Shown one piece after another: positions 61,001 to 64,000 of a stretch of 64,000 nucleotides of DNA. A program made the translations under genes and the position numbers. The stretch is from NCBI RefSeq assembly GCF_006345805.1, contig NC_043000.1:45508001-45572000 (forward strand), in the 5' to 3' direction. The notes under the pieces are model-generated. The model was not told the origin of the DNA. It saw nothing but the letters and a program-made list of their open reading frames with translations, and searched no databases. The stretch is from Octopus sinensis (Eukaryota). Position 1 is the stretch's first letter. Every line of letters starts with the position of its first letter.

Positions 61001-62565
61001 TGCTTCTGTTGTGTATAAAGCATTCTTATTCAGTTAACTTGCTAATGCAATATCAGTGATTTTTTTCAATCACAGTTTTCTTATAGCAGCGACAACTGAT
61101 TTTGTCAGAATGCAGTTGCCGATGAGTACATAGAACTGACAAAGCTGAAAGAGACAAGAATGCGCATCCTGCATTTTTACTAACGATGCTTAAACGATTT
61201 TTGTCTACAGCTGAAACTTTTGTGTTATTTAATACAGTAGGTCCTTAGATATTATTTCAAATTAATTTGGCATTCTAACTGAAATGTGGTCAAGAAGTTT
61301 GTAAACTATCTTAGTTTTGAATGAATGCAGCTTACGTGACCAATTTAGAATTAAATTCTAACTTCTACGTTTCTGCATAAACTGTTTAAGACACACCTAC
61401 TCCATTAGCTTACCCTCTCATTTTTCATTTCTTTTTTCTCTTTTGTGTCTCAGCATATGACATTCTAAGGTCATCAGAATAGTTTGCTGGTTAGCATGTG
61501 GTTTATGGCATTCTCCTACAACCCACATCACTCCTCTGACGCACACATCACTAGTATCATTATTCTTATCATTATTTTTATTTCTTCTAATCATCTTCTC
61601 GCTATAAGTATTTTGCTGTTGTTGTTATCAATTTGCATCCGTCCTCCCCTTTTGTCTGTGTAATGCTGACCTTGTGGTAAACTGAAGTAATTTTTTGCTC
61701 ATCAAATGAAATTTCATACCTGTAACGGTGTTGTTCTGACTGACAGCTCTGAGATTTTTTTCGCCCAGATACACTGATTTACTATATATTGTATTTTCCT
61801 CATTAATAAATGTCCTTAGCCACCTTCTCATTCTTCTTCTTCTTCATCATCCTTCCCACACGATCTCTAGAATAACCATACTTTTATTTACTTTTTGTTT
61901 CCTCTTTATATAAGCAAAAGGAAAACAAAAAAAAAAACCAACAACGTCGAGGAGACACAAAATGTAAGACCGCACATTTGATGCAAGTCTGATGAAGTGC
62001 CACTTTAATGTCTAAAACTTTAAACATTACGTAAATATTCACTTCAAACAGACTTGGTACAGAGACAATTGTAATGAATCACTAAAGATGTGTTAAAGGA
62101 TTGCTTTGTTTTATTATTTGGATTATAGTTTACTCGTCGCTTAACTCACACAATAGCTTTACTGCCATGAAACCAGAATTTTTTACACTTGATGAATTTC
62201 GGTATTCGTCTGGAATCCGACAATGTTGACAGCCTTGAAATTAGGTTGAGTGCTTCCTTGAAAATGCCCTAACTTTATACGCTACCAGAACCTAATATGT
62301 GTGTGTGAATAAGTTGACAAATGAAAAAAAAAGAGCTCTCAACACGTTTGAAAGGAGTTACATATATTCTTTAATAACATTTTCACTCAGCTCCATATGA
62401 CTTAAAGAATCATGGGCACGTAGAATGCATCAATCTCATGAGATATGGAAAAAAAAGAGGGGATTGAGACAAATCTAATATGGTTTCTAAATGTTAGATC
62501 TCTACACAAGCCACATCATATGTGCAGTACCTAATAATGGAGCAGACATAATATATATATGTGTG

Positions 62566-63182
62566 TAAGGCGGCAAGCTGGCAGAAACCTTAGCAAGCCG
62601 GGCGAAATGCTTAGCATTATTTCGTCTGTCTTTAAGTTCTGAGTTCAAATTCCGCAAAGGTCGACTTGGCTTCTCATCCCTTCGGGGTCAATGAATTAAG
62701 TACCAGTTGCGTACTGAGGTCGATCTAATTAACTAGACCCCTCCCCAAAAATTCGGGCCTTGTGCCTAGAGTATAAAAGAATGTAAGGCGGTGAGCTGGC
62801 AGAAACTTTAGCACACTGGGCGAAATGCATAGCGGTATTTCATCTGCCGTTACGTTCTGAGTTCAAATACCGCCGAGGTCGACTTTGCCTTTCATCCTTT
62901 CTGGGTCGATTAAATAAGTACAGTTACGCACTGGGGTCGATATGATCGACTTAATCCGTTTGTCTGTCCTTGTTCGTCCTCTCTGTGTTTAGCCCCTTGT
63001 GGGTAGTAAAGAAATAGGTATTTCGTCTGTCTTTATGTTCTGAGTTCAAATTCCGTCGAAGTCGACATTGCCTTTCATACTTTCGAGGTCGATAAACTAA
63101 GTACCAGTTGCGTCCTGGGGTCGATCTAATCGATGGTCTCCTCCCCCAAAAATTCGGGCCTTGTGCCTAGAGTAAAAAGAAT
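62566..63182 (+). mobile_element. SINE family B cluster of three units with alternating tails
   Basis: Headed unit with tail 2 (62566-62782), headed unit with tail 1 (62784-63017), headless unit with tail 2 (63018-63182). Confidence 0.88.
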
Positions 63183-63199
63183 AATATATACATATATGT

Positions 63200-63452
63200 A
63201 TGTATTCATCTATATGCTACTCAAACTCTGTGGTTGTTAGCTTGCTTGCGTGCTTGCCTGTAATTTGATACAGCCAAACCTGCGCATAATGGGAAAGACC
63301 CCCGAAATACGAATACAAATGGAATAAAACAATTTTCGCATAAATCAGACCACGGATTCCCGAGATATGCGTTTTTTTGTGGGGTTTTTTTTTGTGGGGG
63401 GAACCGTCATAAATAGCCAAAACGGTGCATAGTGGGAAAATATTCCGTAAGT
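63200..63452 (+). promoter_or_regulatory. Possible promoter / 5' exon
   Basis: Unique CpG-rich stretch ending in donor-like cc|GTAAGT (63447). Confidence 0.25.
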
Positions 63453-64000
63453 AACTTAACCGTGAAATGGGAATATATAATACAGTGAAAATTGTTGCTT
63501 TTAATTTTATGTTTACATATTATAACAATTCCTTTTGCATTTGCGTAGAAGTGTGCACATGTGCCATAAATAAATGCTGTTACCGGAGTTCAAGTTTATC
63601 CCTGAAGTTCTGTTTCTATTGGATGCTGTAAATAATCAATAAAACCTTAAACATGAACTTGTAAACCAGACCTATGATGACACGAACGAATTGAAATATT
63701 TAACTGAATCATCATAAAATTAACTTTCGTTTCAATGCAACGTTGAAATCAACTTCAATGTTTTATAACCTGAACTGTCAGTGATCCAACGGGTCACGGA
63801 TAGTCTAGTATATATTTTAAATGACATGTGGTTACTACTATAAGCTAACATTTCCTAAATATCAAACAGGAAATACACTGGCTAGGATTTACTATTCCAA
63901 TCTAACCAAAAAATGATCTCACAAATTCTTTCTAACTAAAGCCTACACAATATATATTCTGAATTAATAGCTATATGTACTCAAAAGACTTTGACACTCC

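Overview
This is a 64 kb AT-rich, microsatellite-saturated animal genomic window. It is almost certainly cephalopod (Octopus-like), inferred from the SINE families and overall composition. It reads as intronic or intergenic DNA, and I cannot confidently identify any intact protein-coding gene. Nearly all ORFs in the supplied track are microsatellite or repeat translations. The window contains dozens of tRNA-derived SINEs (three main families, labelled A, B and C here), LINE fragments (CR1, RTE, R4/Dong-type, HERO-type) and Tc1/mariner remnants (DD34E, DD37D, mariner and its MITEs). It also contains many Penelope-like element (PLE) remnants. The most interesting signals are: (1) several sequence-unrelated minimal type-I hammerhead ribozyme motifs in PLE-type terminal repeats, one with an apparently intact core (51932-51974); (2) a PLE GIY-YIG endonuclease relic whose GIY and YIG halves are split by an insertion of about 170 codons, flanked by inverted hammerhead-bearing repeats; (3) many fold-back structures, including a perfect 274 bp inverted duplication; (4) SINE multimers built from a precise 184 bp GT..AG unit, one bounded by a target-site duplication. 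There are also weak promoter and exon candidates. Everything was read by eye. Repeat boundaries may be off by tens of bases, and family assignments come from remembered protein and RNA motifs, not database searches.
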